Shown here: positions 1-11,900 of the stretch, one piece after another | Layout: each line of letters starts with the position of its first letter | How positions within the stretch are numbered: the first letter of the stretch is position 1 | Assembly (NCBI GenBank): GCA_024704765.1 | Contig: JAKMXF010000266.1 | Coordinates: forward strand, 1 to 64,000 | Source of the DNA: Oopsacas minuta | Taxonomy: Eukaryota; Animalia; Porifera | Length of the DNA: 64,000 nucleotides | Reading direction: 5' to 3' | Position numbers and translations under genes: made by a program | The notes under the pieces: model-generated | The model's input: the letters and a program-made list of their open reading frames with translations, nothing else | Told to the model about the DNA's origin: nothing | Databases searched by the model: none

Positions 1-654
1 AATACACTGTTTCCCCCCCTTGAGCAAACCGAGGCTAGATAATCATGGCAAAGCCCATAGTCTAACATCTTAACATCTTCTTAGCCAGTTCTATATACTC
101 TCATCCACCCACAGCTTTATACAGATCCAAAAATAGTACAATCAAATCAAAATCCTTCACTGCTATCCATTTGAATCATTTGGTTACTTCTATAATACGC
201 AGAAGACACTCCATAACCTAGCTTTGAATCAAAACGCATCAATCCTTCACTGCTATCCAGATTCTTCTACAATCACATCAAAATCCTTCACTGCTATCCA
301 CAAAGTCTACTCAAATACACTGTTTCCCCCCCTTGAGCAAACCGAGGCTAGATAATCATGGCAAAGCCCATAGTCTAACATCTTAACATCTTCTTAGCCA
401 GTTCTATATACTCTCATCCACCCACAGCTTTATACAGATCCAAAAATAGTACAATCACATCAAAATCCTTCACTGCTATCCATTTGAATCATTTGGTTAC
501 TTCTATAATACGCAGAAGACACTCCATAACCTAGCTTTGAATCAAAACGCATCAATCCTTCACTGCTATCCAGATTCTTCTACAATCACATCAAAATCCT
601 TCACTGCTATCCACAAAGTCTACTCAAATACACTGTTTCCCCCCCTTGAGCAAA
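1..654. repeat. Tandem repeat, 313-bp unit, about 2.1 copies visible (probably continues upstream of the window)
   Basis: AATACACTGTTTCCCCCCCTTGAGCAAA starts at 1, 314 and 627. Units 1 and 2 are nearly identical (one mismatch seen). The 19-mer AATCCTTCACTGCTATCCA occurs three times per unit (151, 241, 282; 464, 554, 595). Confidence 0.95.
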
Positions 655-760
655 GCTAGACATATCATCCGTCCCCTTGGTTCACCCTTTTCACTTAGAA
701 TCCAATCCAACACCATCCACCCTGTGCCATAGGTACTTCCAATCACACTATTCCCCTGTC

Positions 761-1300
761 TATCCTGGTTATTAGAACGTGTTCTTATACGACTTGGTGG
801 TTGTAAGAACATGCCCTTATTCAATACATACTGGTTATCCGAACTTGTTATTTTATAAGACATGCTGGTTTTAAGAACATGTTCTTATACTATGCATCCT
901 GGTTATAAGAACTTGTTCTTATACAATACATGCTGGTTATAAGAACATGTTCTTTTACAATACATGCTGGTTATAAGAACATGTTCTTATACACCACATC
1001 CTGGTTATAAGACCATGTTCTTATGCAATACATGCTGGTTATAAGAACTTATTCTTATATACGACATGCTGGTTATAAGAACATGTTCTTCTACAATACT
1101 TGCTGATTATACGAACTTGTCCTTATTATGACATGCTGGTTATAAGAACATGTTCTTCTATAATACATGCTGGTTATATGAACTTGTTCTTATACCAGAC
1201 ATGCTGCCTATAAGAGCATGTCCTTATATACGTCATGCTGATTATAAGAATTTATTCTTGTATATGATATGCTGGATATATAAACATCTCGGATATATGA
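761..1300. repeat. Minisatellite, 34-bp unit, about 16 degenerate copies, with a 20-bp palindromic core
   Basis: Consensus CATGCTGGTTATAAGAACATGTTCTTATACAATA. The GGTTATAAG register recurs at about 767, 799, 833, 867, 901, 935, 969, 1003, 1037, 1071, 1105, 1138, 1172, 1206, 1240 and 1274. TATAAGAACATGTTCTTATA is its own reverse complement. Confidence 0.92.
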
Positions 1301-2447
1301 ACACTATGTTCAGTTCTTGACGATTTTCTTATAACCTACATTGACTGTATCACTTGTTTACTCTATTTGATGAATGTTTCGTAATATAACTATTCCATCA
1401 CCCTGTGCATTTTCAGTTCCAAAATATTTAAAATATTCAAATCATAGTTCTAAGCTCTTTACAATTATAAGAATCAATCAACGTACGCAATAATTGTATT
1501 TCCAATCACTCCTTTAGCATCTCCAATGTTTCTAGGTTCAGTTAGATAGAAATTTATATTTTGAATGTCTGAGGTGAATGACACATCGAGATTTGGTACG
1601 AAAATTGATCAGAGGTGAGTGAAGAATAGAGAGAAATCTGTTTGAAAATTGAACAGAGATGAGTGAAGAATTTAGAGTATGACTGTAGCACTATAATAGA
1701 TTGAGAGCAAGAGCGTGGACGGGGAGAGAGATGTAACATCCGAGAGAGACGTAGAAGCAATATTACAGATTCAAAATATTGCTCGTATTTTTACTCTTTT
1801 CACTATTGCAAGTATCGCAGGTGGTAACTAAAGAATTCATATGGTTTATACTATACATATTGTGACACCTGCATCTCACTAACAAGTATATATACGATCA
1901 GAATTGAATATAATCATTAAATCTTCTCTTTTTTCTTTTCTCCTTCCCCTCACACCAGGTCACTAAGCAGCAGCCCTGATGTAATACTGTGTTATTCTTT
2001 TGTTTTAGCTATAATTTCTTGTGCAAACTCTTGTAATAATATAGAAATTACATAATACCTTCTCATGATATCTTACAGTAATTAGATAGAACCAAGAGAG
2101 GTAGGGAATAACTATTCGTTATTCTTATACTTTAATGCATTTGCTAGCGAGCTTCAATTCTAAATCTGTTGTAAAAGATCCACTGCGTCCCAAGTGCTTT
2201 CGCAGCAAGAATCCAAGTCTGAAAGTTTGAAAGATTACCATATAGTTATTCATATATTTTCGAAATATTTGTAACTCAAACTGTTGTAACATTGATAAAT
2301 TCTATTTTATGCAAAGCAGGGCTCTAAAGCCAATTGATTCGTGAAAAACTTAACAACTACTTACTGTAATTTATTAACTAAAAGTATTGCGTGATTTGGC
2401 TTAATTAACTTTATTTTCACTTTAGTCTTAATATTCTAAATTGGTTC

Positions 2448-2810
2448 ATGGCTGGTAATTCTACCGATTCTTTGTCTATCCCCAATCAACAATTGATCCA
2501 GCCTCGTAATGATCATCATCAAATCATGCCGGTTAGCACTAAACCTGAAATGAGTATCATAATGCACCCTCATGTTCAGGCAGTCCAGCCCATCGCCCAA
2601 CAGCTATCTCCCAATGAGGCTCTTTTCAAATCCTATGATGCTCTTATCCAGGAACTTAGTGAGATTGGCCGTGACATCAAACCATGTTATCAGGGAAATA
2701 GAGCATCTGTTGAGCGACTCAAGCGTGGAATCACACAGAGCAAAGCTAGGGTTCGAGAATGTCTCAACTATGCAGATAGATTACAAAAATTATACAATAC
2801 TGATCTCTAG
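2448..2810 (+). CDS. CDK2AP1: CDK2-associated protein 1/2 (DOC-1) family, NuRD subunit
   Basis: C-terminal YDALIQELSEIGRDIKPCYQGNRASVERLKRGITQSKARVRECL matches the family motif ([35 protein letters not shown]), preceded by a Q/P/H-rich low-complexity N-terminus. Intronless, 120 aa. Confidence 0.88.
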   Translation: MAGNSTDSLSIPNQQLIQPRNDHHQIMPVSTKPEMSIIMHPHVQAVQPIAQQLSPNEALFKSYDALIQELSEIGRDIKPCYQGNRASVERLKRGITQSKARVRECLNYADRLQKLYNTDL

Positions 2811-2941
2811 AATGTATTTACCTTAATTTCTTGCTTGTACTTTCGTTAATTAAGATCTTATTTGTCTCCTACCTTTTCAATGTTAATGCTTTTAGTTTTA
2901 TCAATTCCTAACCATAATTTATTGTTTATATTTTAAGTTCA

Positions 2942-5900
2942 ATGATTAGTTACTCCAACATTCGCTTTTTCAATCTTATTTTTCTATTTATTTTCATCCA
3001 CTCTTTATCTACTTGCTGTCAATCAACTGTCATATTCAATAACTCTAACTATGAGTTTTCTGTGTCAGAGAATGAAATACCTGGTGAAATAGGGCTAATA
3101 TTCGCTACTTCATCTGATGGAGCACAATTATTGTACAGTATTACAAATGGTAATATCGGAGAAAGGTTTATGATAGATACAAATAGTGGTAACCTCTTCA
3201 CTAATATTCCCCTCAACTATGAGATTTTTAAGCAACACAATCTAACTGTACAAGCGTCAACTGGAAACATAAGTAATACTACAAACGTGACCATTTTTGT
3301 AAGTTTTCAGTTCTCTATTACTTATTTACATAATTATTACCTTCTCCTGAATTCTTGAAATTATGTATGCCATTTTTAACTTTCGGTTTGTACATAGAAA
3401 TTGTATATTTTTAGGTTATCAACATTGATGACATTAGTCCTATTTGTGAAAGCTATTCCTATCACATATATGTATCTGATGACACACCTCATGATCCCCC
3501 TCAATTTATCCTCAATTTATCCTGTAGCGACATAGACTCGATGTCACTTAGCTATTCAATACTGGCTGGAAATGGTGAGCCTAGGATTAATCTTATACTT
3601 TTATACACTACGTCATCTATTTATCCATAAATTTTCTAGATGATTCGAACTTTGAACTGGTCGAGAATACACTCAATTTAGTTTCAGCTCTTAATTACAC
3701 TCTCCAAACAAATTATTCTTTAACTATCAGAGTATCTGACAATGCTACGACCGCACTATCCCTTGAAGTTAGAATTGTGGTATTGCCTGATGTTGAGTTA
3801 CCCCCTGTATTCACACAGGACGGAGTTTATTCTCTCTTTCTATTTGAGAACTCAACTCTTGAGGATATTCTTCAGGTTTCTCTCACAACTTCATATATCA
3901 GCTCTCTTGATGTAATTCAGTATTCTCTTCTTTCAGGAGACCTCTATAGCCAGTTTTCCATTAATTCTTCTACTGGTGTACTGTCTTTACGTTCCTCTCT
4001 TGATCGTGAAACTATAGCTAACTACACGCTGTCTATCATGGCTTTCGATCAATCCGTTTATCCAATTGCCATTCGCACAGTTCTAGCAACTGTATTGATC
4101 ACTGTATTAGACATTAATGATAATGATCCAATGTTTGATCCTGATGACTTGGTGATTACAATCTCCATAGATACACCTCTTAATAGTCAATTTTCTACCT
4201 TACTTTGTTCAGATCCAGACAGTGGAGAGAACTCTATTATAGCTTCCTATTCACTCACGAATGAATATATTCGGATAAATTCCAGCAGTGGAGATTTGTT
4301 TACTACGGGCACTCCATTTCCCCTTGACTCAGGGCCACAGTTAACTCATCAAGTCAACGTTGAGTGTGTGGACTTAGGGACACCTGCTAGGACTGGCTTT
4401 GCTCTATTAGAAATATCTGTAAGACACTCTAACATTCATTCGCCTCAGTTCAGTGAGAGTTCTCTAACCTTCGAATTTGAAGAGAATGTCTATGTGTTAG
4501 GAAGAAATATTTTCCAGGTTTGTTACAAGTAATCTTAAAATCTTTATGTAATGTCTGATGGGCCTTATTTCTATGCAGCACTGAGCTATATAACTCGTGC
4601 CTTATTAATGACCCTATACAGTTACATGGTTATGGCTGGTGACTGATATTATGTTTAATTTCTCCTAATATTAACTAACTATTCATCTCCTTTCCTCATC
4701 ACAACAGGTGCCAGGACTTTAGATTCAATAATAACAATTTTCTTTTATTGTTTCATGTATAATTTATAGTTTTCTAAATTCTTACAAGTGCTGGAAGCAT
4801 TTTCATCCCTTTATCCACTTCATCCTTAGGTTGAATAGAATTAAGAATTTTGACTGATTTCATAGGATCTTAGCAATTAGTTCAGCTTAATAAGTACAAT
4901 CTAATTTGTCATGTGATTCTGTTATTCAATATCTCGAGTTCCTCTTTACCTGTATTTTCACTATCAATTGGCTTCTGTGTAAGAGTTGTACTATAAATTC
5001 TCCTACACGTATCACATACATATATATCTATGTAAATTCAATTCTTAATTTATCATTTCTGTAATTATTCTAACAATATCTTCAGAATTAGTCAAACAAA
5101 CATGTCTGCTAGAAAATTTAACTTGAATCCTCCTAATCGCAACCCGACAGAAAGCTCCCTTATACCGGATATAATTATCAACGCACCATCTGTCCAAGGC
5201 TATGACTCATCTAGTCCAATTGACCATCGCTTGCAAGAACCCCTCATCAAGCCTGATCCTCAGTCAATGCATCAACAGAGAGTTCCACGTTGGAGGAGGG
5301 ATTCGTCTCTTCTTGGAAATTCTCTACTCTTTTGCTGTTCTGGATACAAACTAAACTCTTCACAGGAAACTTCAATTCCTACAAGATCGGCATCTCATCA
5401 GGAAGAAATTGACAAAATGCGCCAAGAATTGCAATTTCATTTTATGAATCCTTTCGAGAAGATGAAATATCGAGAGAGACGTCGAATGCCTTGGAAGTTA
5501 ATTTTTCAAATCCTCCAAGTATTGGCCATCACTATACAGCTTTGGACTTTTTCACAAGCAAAGTTCAACGTTGCTTCCTTTCTTTCTAAGAATAGCGCCA
5601 CTTTCAATCGATACTTTATTTTGGGATATTCTTCTGATCCAGATGAATATGCTATCTACACGGTAGATGACTTACAGAGTTCTATTACCCATGCAATTGA
5701 GAGGTACTACTGTATTCAGAATAAGAGCTTAGGACCATATGACTATTCTCTTATGAATGGAACTATTCCTCTGATTGAGCTCTGTCTGAACAAATACAAA
5801 TCTGGCATAATCTATTCGTTCAATCATTCTTATGACTTTGATTCTGACACTGAAGATGTGTGCCATAGAATCAACCAGACAAACATTTTGGAGTCAGTAG

Positions 5901-8900
5901 CTAAGTTCATAAACCCCTTAACACTAGACAGTTTAATTCTGACCAAACTATCCTTTTCTTTAAGTTCTGTCTATCTCAAGGCTTGGCCTAATCCTGACTG
6001 TGTCATTTTCGATATTTCCATAAATTATGACCACTCAGATCATGACGGACGTGTACCAGTTTGTGTGAAACACGAATATGAAACTATAGACTGTATCAAC
6101 TTGAGAACAAATTCCAATGACCAGCGCTTCGTTTCTGCTAATCCTCTCAATCAATACGGGCTCTACGACTGCGTGATTATTCTGCTCTGTCTAGCCACCA
6201 GCTTTCTCTGTCTACGATCTATATTCAGAACCTTAACCAAAGCTATCCGCGTCAAGCGTTTCTTTATCAAACACTTTTCCCGCTCACTTAATGTAGGAGA
6301 ACTCTGGCCTATGTTCAATATTTGGTTTATAGGTCTTGTCATTGGGAATTTCTTTGCTATTCTTGGCTCTTTCTGGAAGATAATGATAGAGCACAAGATT
6401 CTAGAAACTAAACAATTCGATCTATGTAGCTTAATGCTGGGGGTGGGCGTTCTATTTGGCTGGTGCTCTATGCTTCGTTTCTTTTCATACTTTGAAAAAT
6501 ATAACATTCTCTTACTGACACTTAGACTAGCGCTGCCTAATGTTATCCGCTTCATAATATGTATCCTCATTGTATACATTGCCTGCTGTCTGGTCGGATG
6601 GGTAATACTCGGACCTTATCACTCTAAATTTAGAGATGTCCTTACTACTAGTGAGTGTCTCTTCTCACTTTTGAACGGTGACGATATGTACAACACTTTT
6701 CAAGAGCTTAGATCTGCCTCTATTCCAATTCGCATCTTTTGTGAGATTTACCTGTACGTATTTATCTCTCTGTTTATCTATGTTGTGCTGAGTCTCTTTA
6801 TTTCTCTCATTTCTGAGACTTACGAGAACCTGAAGCATGGTGGAAGATTATTTGCATTCAGTTTGCTTGAACAGTTTGCTTACTGTACAGATGGTAGTCA
6901 GATATTTATTGGGGGACAACGCTGCGATTCTACTGGTAACTGTCAAGCTCACTTACAGAATAGTAATCAGTTTAATAATCTAGCACCTGCCGGTTATCAA
7001 GGCATTGACCCTAACAACTTATCTAATAGTAACTCTCATATGGCAGTACCGAATTCTATGGGAGGAAATTTCCATCTGAACAGTTATAGCTTTGTGAAGG
7101 CAGTTAATCCTGAGCCCAACCCAAAGATCCTCTGAGACCTGTGAATTTGTGTACTTTCCGTATTTTTACTTGAATCTTAAAACTCATGTACATTGTAAAG
7201 GTTGTACTCTAAATTGTGTAAATACAAATCCGCTTTGTATTATTATTATTATTATTCTTATTGACTGTATTCTTAAAATTATATACTTGTGTACCTTTGA
7301 GAGTTAGAAATGAATATTTGCATGACTGTTGAGTTCCATTTTGTGTAGGTCACAGCTAGTGATGACGACACGGATCTAGAAGGTACTGTGTATTATTCAC
7401 TGACAGGTGGAGAAGATGTTGAAATGTTTTTTATGCCAGTTGCTGAGCTCGGCTATGTTCACACTTATTTGGCAAACTTTGATAGAGAAACCAAATGCTG
7501 CTATGAATTACAGATTACAGCTATTGACGGAGCAATAGATGGATTTCAGAAGGCATCTTCAGTTAATGTGACCCTTAACGTTATTGACGATAATGACAAT
7601 ATACCAACCTTTGGCTTGCCGATGTATTTCTTAACAATTTTCAACAATAATACTGCAGGAATGGAATTGGTTACAGTTCAATGTATCGACATAGATTCTG
7701 GCATGAATGGAGACATAACATACTTCTTTGTGTACAATCCTGATCAAAGATTATCCATCAATTCTAGTACAGGAGCTGTTTCTTTGAATAATGAGATAAG
7801 ACTTGGTTCTGATCCAAGTCTGGTGTTATCCCACTATATTGCTTGTGAAGATATGGGAGTTCCTTCCCTCAGTTCTCGAGTTGAGTATTCTATCCAAATT
7901 GCTCCTCTTGATCATCACGCCCCTGTATTCGACCCTGCAATATATAATATTTCCTCTTTTCCCGAGAATTCTCAAGTGGAAACATTCGTTATTCAGGTAA
8001 GAGCTACAGATCAAGATGCTATAAATGCGGGTAGACAGCTAGAGTATAGTATATCTGCTGGTATCGGATCAGACCATTTCTCGATTGGACTTATAAGTGG
8101 TAACATAACTGTTAATGGACAATTAAACGCTTCGAAGATTTCAATATACAACTTGGTTGTGGTAGTTACTGATCCTACCAGTGCCTTGATAGACGAAGCT
8201 TCTGTCATTATTGCTTTGTTGAATATTAATGAGCATGCACCGATCGACATTCTGTTTGTGCAACACAAATTATCGGTCTCAGAGAACTCTCCTTCTGGGA
8301 TAGAAATCGCACAGTTCGTCTGTTATGATTTAGATGATATTCTACCCGACAATATAACCTATTCAATTGTAGACCCTAAAGGCACACAACTCGAATTTAT
8401 AATTCTTGCTAACGGCTCTCTGACTACTAGCTCAAACTCCACAGACTGCGAAATTAGAAATGTATTCGATCTGATACTTTTCTGTTCTGACAACGAAATT
8501 CCACCTCTCATGGTTCAGAGAAGTATTCGGATTCGAATTGATGGAGTTAACGAATTCGCTCCATACTTTGCATATCCTTTGTACGTCACAAGGGTTGATG
8601 AAACCTTACCTTTGTATTCAATTATCCATATATTGGAAGCACAAGATATGGATTGTGGTGCAGATGGAGAAATACGCACTTATCAAATACTTAGCGATCC
8701 AGTTGTTAAAGATATTGTCCTACCTTGGTTTAACATTACTCATGATGGCCGTCTTTTTACCACAGCTTATATAAACTCGGATATCCTCCCTGGTAATGCC
8801 AATATTGCAATTATACAAGTAGCTGCATTTGACAATGGAGTTCCTTCACTATCTTCGAGAGATACGACTGAAAGTCATGTCAATATTGTTGCAGAAGTAT

Positions 8901-11900
8901 CAGTGTTTATAGATAATATCAATAATAATCCACCTCAATTCGATCATTTAAATCCGATACTGATTGAATTGGATGAAAACTATCCGTCTGATCAAATATT
9001 CTCTACTGTTTCATGTAGCGACCTAGATGATCCTAGAAAGATAAATCTTGTTATCCTCCCCGTAGGTAACCCCGAACCCTTTACTGTTATGAATGGAATG
9101 ATCTCAGTCACTCCAGGACATACCATTGACTATGAATCTGTTCAAGAATATTTATTCAATCTAAATTGTTCTGATTCTATATTCTCAACCTTAATTGAAG
9201 TCAAAATATTGGTAAAACCGATGAATGACAATCCTATATATTTTGAGTCAAGCTACTACAATTTCACTCTAAGTCGTACAGCTGTTGTTGGCGAGATGAT
9301 AGGATCAGTTGTAATTCTTGATGATGACATAGGAGAAGTGGGTTTACCAATGGTATTGATTGAAAATACCACAGAGCCTGACCATCCTCTTTCTATTAAT
9401 CAGCTCGGCATTCTCACACTCTCTACTGCTCTCAATGATCTTTTGTTACAGAAATTGGAAAACGGTTTCTATCTAAATTTATTTTGTAGTGATGGAATAT
9501 ATAATGACATCACTCTTGTTAGAATAGTCCTTGTTGAAGGAAACTTGAATTCACCTCAGTTCCAACAGACACTATATTTTGTTGAAATATTTGAGATTGC
9601 TCCTCCCTCGACTGCCATTGAGATGCTTATTTGTACAGATATCGATTCCGGTTTAAATGGAGAAGTCGAATATGAGATTTCCCATTCATCTCCACAAGAT
9701 GACTTTACAATCATATCAGATGGAACATTGCTGGTACTAAACCCTCTGAATGCTAGCAGAATCTCTGGATATAATCTAGTGGTCACCTGCAGTGATCGTG
9801 GCTCTCCTGTTAGATCCAATACTACCACTGTATCAATAACTGTTATTGGTGGAAATAACTGCCATCCTGAATTTATTCGTACAGACACCTACTATGCTGA
9901 TATCTCGGAAGATGCTACACCGGGTTCTTACGTTGGCCAGGTTTTCACAACAGATTGTGATATGGAAGAACACGGTATTGCAACTTACATTTCTCTCTCG
10001 CATGTTAACCAATTCACAGTTAGTTCTACAGATGGGAAGATATTTGTTAAAGGAATTTTGGATAGAGAAAAGGAGGAAGTTATCCAACTTATGATACAAG
10101 CTAGAGATACATTCTTCAACACTTCACATGTATTTACAATTTTCCTGCTTGATGTTAACGATAATGCTCCCCAGTGTAGCCCCACTGAATATCATGTAAC
10201 TTTTCCTGAGACAGCACTAGAGGGGTCTTTTATTGAAAAGTTCATGTGCTACGATTTAGATGAAGGAAACAATGGTCAAATTACATATACCCCAATCACT
10301 TCTGGGACTCCTTTTCTTCTTATGAACAACGGATCAGTCTATTTACAGTCTGCTGCTCTACTAATTGCTGCAACTGATCATGAATTTCGGGTACGAGTTA
10401 CAGACAATGGACCTGTACAACTATCTACTCAAATAGTTTTGTACGTCTCTGTCGCTCCAGAAAATTTATTCTCTCCTCAATTTCAGGATGGCTCAAACTT
10501 TTCAATTTCTATCTCTGAGGTAACTCTCCTTGGCTCTCTCATATTCACTTTTTTCGCCACTGATAATGACACAGGTTATTTCGAGAGTAAAGTAACTTAT
10601 GCTATAACTTCAGGAAATATCGGAGGGACGTTTCAGATCCATCCAGATGAAGGAGACCTAATCTTGAATTCTCCTCTCGATTTTACTCGGATTCCTCAGT
10701 TTGTACTTGAAATTAGTGCTAGCGATAGTGCGGCTCTTTTCCCAAAGTTTTCTCTAGCTACAATTTCTATTAGCATAGATCATGTAAACCGTTTCTTCCC
10801 AGTTTGCAATCCACCCGAATACATTGTGTATGTAACTGAGCAGAGCCCAGAGATTGGAATAGTCCAACTAGACTGTTCTGACGAGGATGGAGCAGTTCTA
10901 ACATATTTCATAGATTCTGGATCCCTGACTTTGTTTGAGATCAATTCTACATCAGGTTCTATCTCTCTTGTTTCTGAATTAGATTTTGAATCTAGTGCTA
11001 ATCATAGCTTAATTATCCAAGTGTCTGATGGAGTTTTGGCTATTTCTGTGCCAGTACGAATCTTTGTTTCTCCTGTGAATGAGTTTTCACCTAAATTCTC
11101 ATCTCCTAACTATTCATTTGAGTTTCCAGAAGACATGACCATTCCTTCTGAACTATTCACTCTAATTGCTACAGACTTAGATCAAGATAGTGCTACCACT
11201 AAACATGGAGTAGTAGAGTATCTGATAGAGTCTGGGAATGAAGATGAATTGTTCTCGATTGGAAGGGTTAATGGCATTATATACCTAAGTCAGATCCTAG
11301 ATTTTGAAACTAACCCTTCACATAACCTAACGATTGTAGCTAGAGATCAGGCAGTTATATCTCTCTCCTCTTCTTGTATGGTGTACATCTCTGTTACTAA
11401 TGTCAATGATGTTGAGCCATACTTTCTAGAGATTTCCTACATATTTATAATAAACAATACTCACCCTTTAATATATCCTGTTGGTGTGGTTACTTGCTCA
11501 GATGTAGACTTTGCAGCCAATAAAACAGAATTAGAATATTCCTTCACTACACAGACCAACTCTTTCAATATTAATCCTCAATCAGGCGAGATTATACTTA
11601 CTGTCAATGCTTCGGATATTTCTCAATCTATTATTGATATAGCTATTTCTTGTACAGATGGATTTCTCTTTGGATATTCTCAACTAGCTATATTCATTAT
11701 AGAAGAGTCCCCTGATATTGGTTTAACACAATCAATTTACTCATTTTATGTTAGCGAATCTCTTAAGGTTGGTAGTTCTATCGGGCAGATTGTTATACAA
11801 AACTCTTCTGACATTTTGGTTGATTATCGCCTCTCAGTTATCAGCTCTCTATTCAGTATTGACTCAGAGGGATTCATTAACCTCACTAGTCCTCTTGATT

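Noticed and set aside
624-863. 79-aa minus-strand ORF
   Set aside because: Overlaps the junction of two tandem-repeat arrays; no recognisable motif.
761-1300. CRISPR array (palindromic repeats at regular spacing)
   Set aside because: Units are contiguous with only about 4-5 variable bases, there are no unique spacers and no cas genes, and the context is eukaryotic.
1554-1760. 68-aa minus-strand ORF in a purine/pyrimidine-skewed stretch
   Set aside because: TTG start, no family motif, no convincing splice partners; a real small exon cannot be excluded.
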